A stretch of 64,000 nt of DNA from Bacillota bacterium. GTDB taxonomy: Bacteria > Bacillota > Sulfobacillia > Sulfobacillales > Sulfobacillaceae. Below, piece after piece: positions 17,343 to 26,218 of the stretch. The position numbers and the translations under genes were made by a program. A model generated the notes under the pieces. The model was not told where the DNA came from, searched no databases, and saw only the letters and a list, made by a program, of their open reading frames with translations. The stretch spans positions 3,765-67,764 of the forward strand of contig JAJZZA010000005.1 of assembly GCA_021797825.1 (NCBI GenBank). Direction: 5' to 3'. Each line of letters opens with the position of its first letter. The first letter of the stretch is position 1.

Positions 17343-18911
17343 TTAGAAGGCCTCTTCGGCCAGCGGCTGTTCGGCGGGGGACGGTTTGGCGGCCGGGAGT
17401 CCCAGCACGGAGACCAGCACGAGGGCAGCAAAGCCGATTCCCAGCAGAAACACGGCGTGCAGGCTCTGCCCCATGATGCTGACGATGGTGTTGCGCACCT
17501 CCGGCGGCAGCGCGGCGCGAAGATGGGGGACAATTAACACGGTGGTCAGGCGGGAAAAGGAAAAGGCGTGCAGGCTAGGGGTCGCGGCCGCCAGCGCCAT
17601 GGTGTTTTGGTTGAATAGCGCCCCCATCGCCGCCACCCCAATCGCCCCGCCGATGGTGCGAAAGAACTGGGTGGTGCCGGTGACCACCCCCCGGAGGTTC
17701 CAGGGCACGGCACCTTGCAGGGTTATCAAAAGGCCGGTGAGCGAAAGCCCCATCCCCGACCCCACCAATGCCGTGCCGATTCCCAGCACCAGCGGGGAGG
17801 CGCTCACTCCCCAGGCCACGCCCAGGGCGCCAGCGGCAATCATCAAGCCTCCCGCCACCGCCACCCGGCGATGGCCGACGCGCATCAAAAGCGGGCTCAC
17901 CCCAAAGGCGGTAATCGGCCAGGCCACCATCATGGGCGTGATGGCGCGGCCAGCCATGGTCGGCGTGCCGCCCTGCACAGTTTGCACAAACAGGGGAAGG
18001 TAGGAGATGAGGCCAAACATCAGCATGCCCGCGGCCAAATTGACCACACTGCTCAGGGCAATCAGGCGATCGCGAAAGATGGCCAAGGGCAGCACCGGCT
18101 CCGGCGCACGGGTCTCCCAGACTAAAAACCCGGCCAGCAGGGCCAGGCCGGCCAAACCAGTGGCCGATCGCAGGGAAGGGGACCAAGCGGTCTGCAGCAG
18201 GGCCGCCATAACCAGCACCACCGCCGCGCTCATCAGCCCGGCACCGACCAGGTCAATGTCGTGCGGGCGCCGCGCGATCACCTCATGGAAGGTGCGCCAG
18301 AGAATCAGGAGAACCAGCAGTCCAATCGGCAAATTGATCTCAAACACCCACCGCCAGGAGGTGTTTTCGACGATCCAAGCCCCGGCGAGCGGGCCCACCA
18401 CCGCTGCCAAGCCCCAGACCGCCGAGAACAGCCCCTGCACCCGGCCGCGTTGTTCTAACGTGAAGAGATCGCCGACGATGGTCAACGCCACCGGCAGCAC
18501 GCCGGCCGCGCCGAGTCCCTGCAATGCCCGAAAGAGAATCAACTCGGGCATGTTGACCGCTGCCCCGCAGAGGGCCGACCCGACCGTGAAAAGGGCCGCG
18601 CCCGCCAGAAAAACCGGTTTGCGACCGTACATGTCGGCCAGTTTGCTGTAAATCGGAACCGGTGTGGTAGACGTCAGCAGATAGGCCGAAAAGACCCAAC
18701 TGTAAAGCGAGACGCCGTGCAGACTGGCGATAATGCTGGGCATGGCGGTGCCGACAATGGTCATGTCCAATGCCGTCAGCATCATGGCCAGCAAAATGGT
18801 GGCCACGATCCAGGTCTTGCTATGGGTTCTCGGAACCAAAAACATGACCTCCTTGTCATCGGGTTTGGGGCGCCACGGGAATTTCCCGAACCATGCCGCG
18901 AAAAGCCGCAT
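17343..18911 (-). CDS. MFS transporter, DHA2 (EmrB/QacA-like, 14-TM) family
   Basis: LDMTIVGTAMPSI, YSKLADMYGRKPVFLAGAALF and many TM segments are present. The start is uncertain: ATG 18911 (GGGGG upstream) or ATG 18845 (AAGGAGG immediately upstream). The track start 18986 is unlikely. Confidence 0.85.
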   Translation of the reverse strand: MRLFAAWFGKFPWRPKPDDKEVMFLVPRTHSKTWIVATILLAMMLTALDMTIVGTAMPSIIASLHGVSLYSWVFSAYLLTSTTPVPIYSKLADMYGRKPVFLAGAALFTVGSALCGAAVNMPELILFRALQGLGAAGVLPVALTIVGDLFTLEQRGRVQGLFSAVWGLAAVVGPLAGAWIVENTSWRWVFEINLPIGLLVLLILWRTFHEVIARRPHDIDLVGAGLMSAAVVLVMAALLQTAWSPSLRSATGLAGLALLAGFLVWETRAPEPVLPLAIFRDRLIALSSVVNLAAGMLMFGLISYLPLFVQTVQGGTPTMAGRAITPMMVAWPITAFGVSPLLMRVGHRRVAVAGGLMIAAGALGVAWGVSASPLVLGIGTALVGSGMGLSLTGLLITLQGAVPWNLRGVVTGTTQFFRTIGGAIGVAAMGALFNQNTMALAAATPSLHAFSFSRLTTVLIVPHLRAALPPEVRNTIVSIMGQSLHAVFLLGIGFAALVLVSVLGLPAAKPSPAEQPLAEEAF

Positions 18912-19035
18912 GTGACCCCCGGCGGCTTCATGCGGCCGGGGGGCGGGTTCTGCGGGCGTGTGCGGTGCTGTCCCGCCGGGAAGCACCGCGCGTCACTATC
19001 GAATGTATTGTATCACGACCAGAGAGGTGTCCGCC

Positions 19036-20307
19036 CTATTTTCCTGTGTAGTCCGCTCCCACCGTGATCTTGAGGTCCCAGGGCGTGGTGTGGTAGGGCG
19101 CGAACTGGCTGACGGTGGGACCGAGCAGGGCGGCCAGCCGCGCTCCCAGGAAGCGGTCACCGGTGGTATTGATGAGGACCGACCTGTGGTGGGTGTGGTG
19201 GTTGGCCCAACCTACGCCGGTGACGGTGTAGCCATCCTGCTCGAGGGTCTTGGCCAAGGCCTGGGCCGGCGCCAGCGAGGCAGTGCCGCTGTCAATATAG
19301 ATTTTGAGACTCTGTTTCTGGGCGGCGGTTAGCGGTTCGGCCAAGAGCACGTCCTGCACCAAAATGGTGGAGAGGTGCGCGTCGTACGTCCAATAGGAGA
19401 GCGGTTGATGCAAAATCGGATCTTGATAGGTCGAGGAGTGGCCGGGCACCGTGCCGAAGCGCACCGCCGAGAGCGGGATGTGGCGGGCAAAGAGCGCTAA
19501 GGAGACGATCTGGCTGGTATTCAAATTGGTGTAGGCCAAGGCATGCGACAGGTCACTGGCCAGCTTGGGAATCAAGGGGATGTATTTTGGTTGCAGCAGT
19601 TGTTTGGCGATGTCGCGCAAGATCTGCTGCTGCTGTTGGATGCGGCCGATGTCGCCTTGCGCCGTGTTGCGATAGCGGGCGTACTCCAGCACCTGCCAGC
19701 CATTGAGGTGATGCCAGCCCTTGGTGAGGTCAATGCCCAGTTTGCCGCCGCTGGGCTGATAGATCTCGGTTTGCGGAATGTACATGGTCATGCCGCCCAT
19801 GTCGTTAATCACATTGGCGAACTGGGCCATGCTGATGTAGGCGTAATAGTCGACGGGAACGTGAAAGGTCTGTTGCACCACTTGCACGGTTTCTTTGACG
19901 CCGCCCTCAAAGCTGGCCTCGGCGATCTTGGTGAGGCCGATGCCGGGCAGGTTGACGCGGGTGTCGCGGGGAATGGAGACCACGCCGACCTGATGGGTGG
20001 CGGGATTGATGGACACCAGCATCAGGGTGTCGGTGCGATCCTGCGCGGTGCGCGACATCACCACCTGGTTTTGGGCATTGGTGACCAGGGAGCTGCCCAT
20101 TAGCAGGATGGTAATCCGGTGGTTAAATTGGAAATGAGAGGAAAAATGATGGTTGATGGGCGCCGTGTTGAACGTATCCTTTAGGTTGGCGTAATACGCA
20201 TTGACGCCGTACGCGACCCCCCCCAGCACCGCGATGACGCCCGCAATCCCGATGAGCCACCTTCCCAGTCGCCGGGGCCGGGGTTGACTGTCCTTGCGTC
20301 GTGGCAT
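19036..20307 (-). CDS. LCP (LytR-CpsA-Psr) family cell-wall glycopolymer ligase with a LytR_C-like C-terminal domain
   Basis: An N-terminal anchor RRLGRWLIGIAGVIAVLGG is followed by RTDTLMLVSINP ... VVSIPRDTRV. ATG 20307 has AGGAGA 6 nt upstream. Confidence 0.9.
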   Translation of the reverse strand: MPRRKDSQPRPRRLGRWLIGIAGVIAVLGGVAYGVNAYYANLKDTFNTAPINHHFSSHFQFNHRITILLMGSSLVTNAQNQVVMSRTAQDRTDTLMLVSINPATHQVGVVSIPRDTRVNLPGIGLTKIAEASFEGGVKETVQVVQQTFHVPVDYYAYISMAQFANVINDMGGMTMYIPQTEIYQPSGGKLGIDLTKGWHHLNGWQVLEYARYRNTAQGDIGRIQQQQQILRDIAKQLLQPKYIPLIPKLASDLSHALAYTNLNTSQIVSLALFARHIPLSAVRFGTVPGHSSTYQDPILHQPLSYWTYDAHLSTILVQDVLLAEPLTAAQKQSLKIYIDSGTASLAPAQALAKTLEQDGYTVTGVGWANHHTHHRSVLINTTGDRFLGARLAALLGPTVSQFAPYHTTPWDLKITVGADYTGK

Positions 20308-20643
20308 GGTCACTCTCCTATCCGTCCGCGCTACCCGTCCCGAACATAAAAAAGAGCCCAGGACGGGACATTGTCACTTCCCCTTATCCTAAACGATATT
20401 GGATGGGAGTGGGTGACAGGGTCGGGGAAAATTCCTGTTTTTCGACGGGGAATTCCCTCCTCATCCGCCAATCGCCGGAGGAAATGGGGTATTGTGGTAC
20501 GGTTGCGGTGCGGTCGCGGGCGGATGGTGTCGAAAGTTGCTTCCGCGATCATCTTGCCGTTAAAGTATTCATATAGCCTAAGGGTATGAGGGACGCGAGT
20601 GATCGCGCGAAAATTTTTCTGTGAGGGAAGAGGGCGAAGCAAC

Positions 20644-22539
20644 GTGTGCGGGATTTGTGGCATCGTGCCTCCGCCGGGAGACGCGGTGGATCCGTTCGTG
20701 CTGGGCCGCATGATGCAGGCGATGATCCATCGCGGACCGGATGATGCCGGGCAATGGGTGGGCGGCGGACAGGCCCTGGGTTTTCGGCGGCTATCCATCT
20801 TGGATCTGGCGGGAGGCCGCCAGCCGATGGCCAACGAGTCCGGGTCGGTGGTGTCGGTGGTGAACGGGGAGATCTACAACTATCGCGAACTGCGCGACGA
20901 ACTTCGCCGGCGGGGCCATCGCTTGCACTCCAACAGCGACGCCGAAGTGGTTCCCCACCTGTTCGAAGAGGGGGGCATCGCCGGACTCACCGCCCGCCTG
21001 CGCGGGATGTTCGCGCTGGCGCTGGTGGATCGCGCCACCGAGACCCTCTATCTGGTCCGCGATCATTTTGGCATCAAACCGCTCTATTACAGCCAGTCCG
21101 GCGGCGGGCTGTGGTTCGCGTCGGAAATCAAAAGCCTCTTGGCTTCGGGGCGGGTGAAGCCGGAACTGGACCTAAGTTCGCTGTGGAACTACCTCAGCTT
21201 TCAATATGTGCCCGAGCCAGGCACCATGTTCGCCGGCATTCAAAAGCTGCCCCCAGCCCATTACCTGGCTTTCCGGCGGGGAACGGCCAGCCTCACCCGC
21301 TATTGGCAAGCCGCCTTTCGGCCGGACGACCGCTGGACGCTGCCGGATCTGGCGCTGGCGATTGAAGAGCGGCTGAGGGATTCGGTGCGTCGGCACATGG
21401 TCAGCGACGTGCCGCGCGGAGCCTACCTGTCAAGCGGCATTGACTCCAGCGCGGTGGTGGCCTTGTTGCGTGAACGGGAACCGGTGGACACGTTTAGCAT
21501 CGGGTTTTCCGGACGGCACGGGGAGATCAACGAACTGTCCCTGGCGGCCCAAACGGCGCAGCAGCTGGGCACCCGCCACCATGAGGTCATCGTCACCGCG
21601 GAACGCTATCAGGCCGAACTGCCGCGCATCATCAGGGCCCAGGAAGATCCCATCGCGGACCCCAGCGCCCCCGCCCTGTATTTCTTGGCGGAAGAGGCCC
21701 GGCGCTATGTGACCGTGGTGCTGTCCGGGGAGGGTGCCGACGAGCTATTCGCCGGCTATCCCATCTATCATGAACCTTATGCCCTGCGGCCGTTCGCCTG
21801 GCTGCCGGCCGGGATGCGGGCGGCGGTGGGCCGTTGGGCGCTCCGGCTGCCGCCCGGGCTTAAAGGGCGCGGATACCTTGAGCGCGGAGCCGAGCCGCTT
21901 GAACACCGCTTCATCGGCAACGCCAAGATGTTTAGCGATCCGGAAAAACGCGCGCTGCTGACCCCGGCCGCGACGGCTCGCGCCACTCCCGCGGCCTGGG
22001 AGCTGACCGCGCCATATTGGGCGCCTACGACCGGATTGGATCCGGTGACCCGCATGCAGACGGTCGACTGTCACACCTGGCTTCCCGGCGACATCCTGAT
22101 GAAGGCCGACAAGATGTCCATGGCCCATTCGCTGGAGTTGCGGGTTCCCTTTCTCGATGTGCAGGTGTTTGAGCTGGCCGCGACGGTTCCCGAACGTTAC
22201 AAAGTCGCGGGCGGCACGACCAAGTACGCGCTCCGCGAGGCACTGCGGCCGCTCTTGCCGGAACCGCTGGCGTCGCGTCCCAAACTGGGGTTTCCCATCC
22301 CCATCCGACGGTGGATTGGCCATGAGATGCGGGAATTTGTGCGTGACCAGTTTGCGTCCGCCGACGTTCTGTACTTTAACCGGGCGATGCTGAGGGATAT
22401 ACTGGAGGCCGAAGGTCCCACGGTGATCAATCGCGACCGGAAATTGTGGACTATTCTGGTGTTCTTGCTTTGGCACCGGGCATTTCTGGAACAGCCGGTC
22501 CGGGCGGAGCGGCCCGAGTGTCCGGCGGAGCGGGTTTAA
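20644..22539 (+). CDS. asnB: asparagine synthase (glutamine-hydrolysing)
   Basis: GTG 20644 gives (M)CGICGIV, the Ntn Cys. The sequence continues GPDD ... NGEIYNY ... SDAEV and has the PP-loop region GAYLSSGIDSSAVVALL and SGEGADELFAGY. Confidence 0.9.
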   Translation: MCGICGIVPPPGDAVDPFVLGRMMQAMIHRGPDDAGQWVGGGQALGFRRLSILDLAGGRQPMANESGSVVSVVNGEIYNYRELRDELRRRGHRLHSNSDAEVVPHLFEEGGIAGLTARLRGMFALALVDRATETLYLVRDHFGIKPLYYSQSGGGLWFASEIKSLLASGRVKPELDLSSLWNYLSFQYVPEPGTMFAGIQKLPPAHYLAFRRGTASLTRYWQAAFRPDDRWTLPDLALAIEERLRDSVRRHMVSDVPRGAYLSSGIDSSAVVALLREREPVDTFSIGFSGRHGEINELSLAAQTAQQLGTRHHEVIVTAERYQAELPRIIRAQEDPIADPSAPALYFLAEEARRYVTVVLSGEGADELFAGYPIYHEPYALRPFAWLPAGMRAAVGRWALRLPPGLKGRGYLERGAEPLEHRFIGNAKMFSDPEKRALLTPAATARATPAAWELTAPYWAPTTGLDPVTRMQTVDCHTWLPGDILMKADKMSMAHSLELRVPFLDVQVFELAATVPERYKVAGGTTKYALREALRPLLPEPLASRPKLGFPIPIRRWIGHEMREFVRDQFASADVLYFNRAMLRDILEAEGPTVINRDRKLWTILVFLLWHRAFLEQPVRAERPECPAERV

Positions 22540-22563
22540 AGGGATGAAGGAAGGAGGGGAGCC

Positions 22564-23463
22564 ATGGCGCCAAGCAGGCAGACGCCGTCGCGACGATGGC
22601 GGTTTCCGAAACGGCTGGCGGCCTTGGCGGTCGCCACCGTTAGCCTCTATTACGGCGGCCAGGCGGTCATGGGCGCGGTGCGGCTGTCGTCGGTGCCGCC
22701 GTCCGGGGCCGTGACCCCCTCATCGTCAACTCCGCCCTCGTCGTCGGCCGTGCGTTCGTCGTCGGCACCCTCCGCCTCGTCGTCGGCCGTTTCGGCGTCA
22801 AGCGCCAGCGCCCAGCCGGCGGCCCAGGCGCTTCCCGCCTCCTACCTCATTCAGGTGCCGGCCAAGGACCAGTACCCGCAATTGCCCAACGGCTGCGAGG
22901 TGACCAGTTTGGCCATGCTGATGACCGCCGTGGGCCATCCCGTGAGCAAGATGACCCTGGCCCAGCAAATGCCGGTCGACCCAACCAAGCTGGTGTTGAC
23001 CTCGACCACCGCAGACGGGGAGACCGTGCATCATGTGCAGTATTGGGGCAATCCCAACGTGGGTTTTGTGGGCAGCGTCTATCAGGCGGGCGAGGGCTAC
23101 GGCATTTACCACGGGCCGATGACCGCATTTTTGAACCGACTGTTGCCGGGCCGCGCAGAAGATCTGACCGGGAAGCCGTTTTCCGACATTCTTCAGCACG
23201 TCGCCAGCGGCATCCCGGTGGAAGTCTGGACCACGACCACCTTTCAGCCGACCAGCGACTGGGTGACCTGGCAGAGCCCCGAAGGATTGGTGACGGCCAC
23301 CCCGTTGGAGCACGCGGTGCTGTTGGTGGGCTATTCCCCCGGCTATCTCTATGTCAATAATCCGTTAAACGGCGTGGCCGCCCAGAAAGTGCCGGAGGCC
23401 CCCTTCATTCAGGCCTGGCAGCAATTGGGCGGGCAAGCCATTACCGTGCGGCCGGATAGCTAA
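22564..23463 (+). CDS. membrane-anchored C39-like cysteine peptidase domain protein (YvpB-like)
   Basis: Signal anchor LAALAVATVSLYYGG, then a Ser/Ala/Pro low-complexity linker, then QYPQLPNGCEVTSLAMLMTAVG (candidate catalytic Cys) and EHAVLLVGY. A strong SD (GGAGGGGAG) precedes the ATG. Confidence 0.75.
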   Translation: MAPSRQTPSRRWRFPKRLAALAVATVSLYYGGQAVMGAVRLSSVPPSGAVTPSSSTPPSSSAVRSSSAPSASSSAVSASSASAQPAAQALPASYLIQVPAKDQYPQLPNGCEVTSLAMLMTAVGHPVSKMTLAQQMPVDPTKLVLTSTTADGETVHHVQYWGNPNVGFVGSVYQAGEGYGIYHGPMTAFLNRLLPGRAEDLTGKPFSDILQHVASGIPVEVWTTTTFQPTSDWVTWQSPEGLVTATPLEHAVLLVGYSPGYLYVNNPLNGVAAQKVPEAPFIQAWQQLGGQAITVRPDS

Positions 23464-23467
23464 ACCG

Positions 23468-25090
23468 TTAAGTGGCTCCGCGCAGATGCTCGGCATACTC
23501 TTCTCGCAGCGCCCGTTTCAAAAACTTGCCCACCGAGGTCTTGGGAATTTCAGTGATGAAAACGACGTCGTCGGGAATCCACCATTTGGCAAAATGCGGA
23601 CGCAGCGAATCCAGCAGGTCGGCTTTGGCTGGCGGGTGCGCGGGGTCTTGGGGGACCACGAAGGCCACCGGCCGCTCATCCCAGCGCGGGTGCGGCAAGC
23701 CCACCACGCAGGCTTCAAAGACCGCCTGGTGAGCCATCAGCATATTCTCCAGGTCCACGGACGAAATCCATTCCCCGCCGCTCTTGACCAGATCCTTGGT
23801 GCGGTCGACCAGCCGCAAATAGCCCTCGGCGTTTATGGTGGCAATATCGCCGCTGTGCAGCCATCCGTCCTGAAAGGCCTCCTGTGATCGATCGTCGTGG
23901 TAATAGGAGTCAGCCACCCAGGGTCCGCGCATCAAGATTTCTCCCATTTCCTGGCCGTCCCAGGCCACGTCCCCGTTAAGACCCACCACCCGAATCTCCA
24001 TCCCGGGCACGGCCATCCCTTGCAGCGCGCGCACATTTAGCTTCTCGGCCGGGGACAAATCGCGGTGGGCGCGCTTAAGCCGGGCGATACTGGCCAAAGG
24101 GGCGGTCTCGGTCATGCCGTAGGCATGCACAAAGGGAATCCGGTAGCGCTCCTCGTAGGCCTGAATCAGGGCGCGGGGCGCGGCCGAGCCGCCGCAGAGG
24201 ATGGCGCGCAGCGGGGGCGGCGGGGATTGGCGGGCGTCGAGTTCGCGCAATACGCCAAGCCACACCGTGGGCACCCCGGCCGCCAGGGTGACGTTCTCGC
24301 CGACCATGAGATCGACCAGGTCGGCCGGGGTGGGGGCGGGGCCGGGCAAAACCTGGGGGGTGCCGAACCAGACGGCGGCAAACGGCATGCCCCAGGCATT
24401 GGCGTGAAACATGGGGACGACCGGCATCGCCACGTCCTGTTCCGAGAGCGCGGCGCTGTCGGCCAGGCCAAGGCTCATGCTGTGGAGGTAGATTCCGCGG
24501 TGGGAATAGAGCACGCCCTTGGGATTGCCGGTGGTGGCGGAGGTGTAGCAGAGTCCGGCCGGCTGCCGCTCGTCGATGGCCGGATAGGAAAAAGCGTCGG
24601 ACTCCGCCGCCAAGAGCGCCTCGTAGTCCAGGATGGGAAAGGTGGTAGGCGGCAACGGCGTGTTGTCGCCCATGACCACGACCGCGGATACGGTCTGCAG
24701 CCGGTCGTGGATGGCGGCGACAAGCGGCAGCAGCGACTGGTCCACCAGGATCACTTTGTCCTCGGCGTGGTTGATGATGTAGGTCAGGTGGTCCGGCGAC
24801 AGGCGGAGATTGACGGTATGAATGACCGATCCCATGGCGGGGATGGCCAGATAGGCCTCCAGATGCCGGTGGTGATTCCAGGCCAGGGTGCCGACGCGGT
24901 CTCCCGGTGCGACCCCGAGCCGGGAGAGGGCATTGGCCAATTGCCGCACTCGCCCGGCGTATTCCCGGTAGGTGTAGCGGAACAGGCCGTCGGCTGTTCG
25001 CGACACAATCGGGTTGGTCGGAAAGAGCTGTTCGGCGCGCGTAACAAATGACTGCAAGGAAAGCGGGTAGTCCATCATTTCAGCCAACAC
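23468..25090 (-). CDS. AMP-dependent acyl-CoA synthetase (medium/long-chain fatty acid-CoA ligase)
   Basis: 540 aa. It has the MLAEMMDYPL N-terminus typical of this subfamily and the AMP-binding motif LCYTSATTGNPKGVLYSHRG. YGMTE, SGDIA, DRTKDLVKSGGEWISS and PKTSVGKF are also present. Confidence 0.9.
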   Translation of the reverse strand: MLAEMMDYPLSLQSFVTRAEQLFPTNPIVSRTADGLFRYTYREYAGRVRQLANALSRLGVAPGDRVGTLAWNHHRHLEAYLAIPAMGSVIHTVNLRLSPDHLTYIINHAEDKVILVDQSLLPLVAAIHDRLQTVSAVVVMGDNTPLPPTTFPILDYEALLAAESDAFSYPAIDERQPAGLCYTSATTGNPKGVLYSHRGIYLHSMSLGLADSAALSEQDVAMPVVPMFHANAWGMPFAAVWFGTPQVLPGPAPTPADLVDLMVGENVTLAAGVPTVWLGVLRELDARQSPPPPLRAILCGGSAAPRALIQAYEERYRIPFVHAYGMTETAPLASIARLKRAHRDLSPAEKLNVRALQGMAVPGMEIRVVGLNGDVAWDGQEMGEILMRGPWVADSYYHDDRSQEAFQDGWLHSGDIATINAEGYLRLVDRTKDLVKSGGEWISSVDLENMLMAHQAVFEACVVGLPHPRWDERPVAFVVPQDPAHPPAKADLLDSLRPHFAKWWIPDDVVFITEIPKTSVGKFLKRALREEYAEHLRGAT

Positions 25091-25139
25091 CCCTTTACGG
25101 ATTTCTCCCTCCCCATTGTAAACCGAGCCCTCAGAACAA

Positions 25140-25155
25140 GCGATAGGTCTATCGC
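25140..25155. promoter_or_regulatory. 16-bp perfect palindrome GCGATAG-GT-CTATCGC, candidate operator upstream of the acyl-CoA synthetase gene
   Basis: It lies 50-65 nt upstream of the GTG at 25090. A TACAAT -10-like hexamer sits between the palindrome and the start on the minus strand. Confidence 0.35.
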
Positions 25156-25608
25156 AAAACTCGCATTGTTCACGATATTGCGGCGATGTCGAACCGTTGC
25201 CGGCGGACTCCCCGGCCCCGCGCCCGGCCGGCTTGGGGAGTCAGCGGGCAGGGGTGTCGCCAGGCCGTTTTCCGCAGATCCGATGCGGCCGGATCATCTG
25301 GCGTGTGACCCCCCAGCTGCTTGGGGGTTCGCGCGCAACCCGTGCCTCGAGACCGGAACCGGGTTGGCGCGCTGCGGCGCTTTGAGCCCAGGGTCCTGCC
25401 GCCGGGAGGGAACCATTGGGCAGGACATCAGTCGGGAGAAAAGCCCAGAGCCGTCGGCCGGGGCGCGGGCGGGCTATGCCCGATCGTTAACATGCACGGT
25501 TCACACCGTCCGCGCTCATGCCAACAAAAGGCGAACGGCTGGCCGCCCCCGATGACGGCGCCGGGAGACACCTTGCGCAACTCCCGGCGGGTGCCCTCGA
25601 CTCTCTTA

Positions 25609-25983
25609 TCAGAGCAAGCGGACCGCCATCGTTACCGTGCCTTTGGGGGTATGGCGGGACACCACCAGCACGGTGGCCCCGGTGTGAATGGACGCTGCGG
25701 TGATGGTGGTCTTCTTTTGGCGGAAATGGGTTTTCGACGAAATGGGGAAGGTAAATTGGGTGCCGGCTTTGGTCTTGACGACGATTTGGGTGGCCGAGAG
25801 GCTGACCACTTGGCCCTTCACACGATGCAAGTGCGGCTTTTTGTGGGGGTGCTTGGACGCGCTGACCGAAGCCGAGGCAGTCGTATTGCTGGTGTTGGCC
25901 GAGGCGGTTGCGCCGCACCCGGCCGTCGCGGTGGCCAGCGTGCCCGCTAGCGCGATGGTGGCCACCCACGCCCGAATTTTCAT
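25609..25983 (-). CDS. small lipoprotein (beta-rich, DUF5666-like by eye)
   Basis: An internal ATG at 25983 with GGAGGG 9 nt upstream gives 124 aa. MKIRAWVATIALAGTLATATAGC carries a lipobox Cys. It is followed by a Ser/Thr/Ala linker and VKGQVVSLSATQIVVKTKAGTQFTF. The 220-aa track ORF extension has no support. Confidence 0.6.
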   Translation of the reverse strand: MKIRAWVATIALAGTLATATAGCGATASANTSNTTASASVSASKHPHKKPHLHRVKGQVVSLSATQIVVKTKAGTQFTFPISSKTHFRQKKTTITAASIHTGATVLVVSRHTPKGTVTMAVRLL

Positions 25984-26218
25984 CAATGTTGTCCCTCCGT
26001 CTGAGACGCCGGGGAAATCTTGGGCAGATTCCGCAGCCCAGCATCTTGCAGTCTTCAGACAGACTATATGCCGATTGGCTTCAGAACGGCTGAGCGGTAC
26101 CTGAAACATGGCTGAAAGTTCGCGCCCGGCCTTGGGGCCGGGGTGGCGAGACGGGGAGGGGAGCGCGGATCCGTTCCGGGGAGAAGTCCGGGTCGGGGGC
26201 GGACGCGCGCTCACGTCA

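Noticed and set aside
20480-20630. TGTGGTACGG (T-box-like) and a small hairpin CGCGA-GTGA-TCGCG plus T5 just upstream of asnB, as a possible T-box attenuator
   Set aside because: The T-box match is partial: GTGGTAC is present but CGCG is not. It lies about 100 nt from the hairpin rather than in an antiterminator bulge. The hairpin has only 5 bp, and no specifier-loop architecture is visible.
24065-25051. 328-aa plus-strand ORF
   Set aside because: It is antisense to the acyl-CoA synthetase gene. Its composition is Gly/Arg/Asp-rich low complexity.
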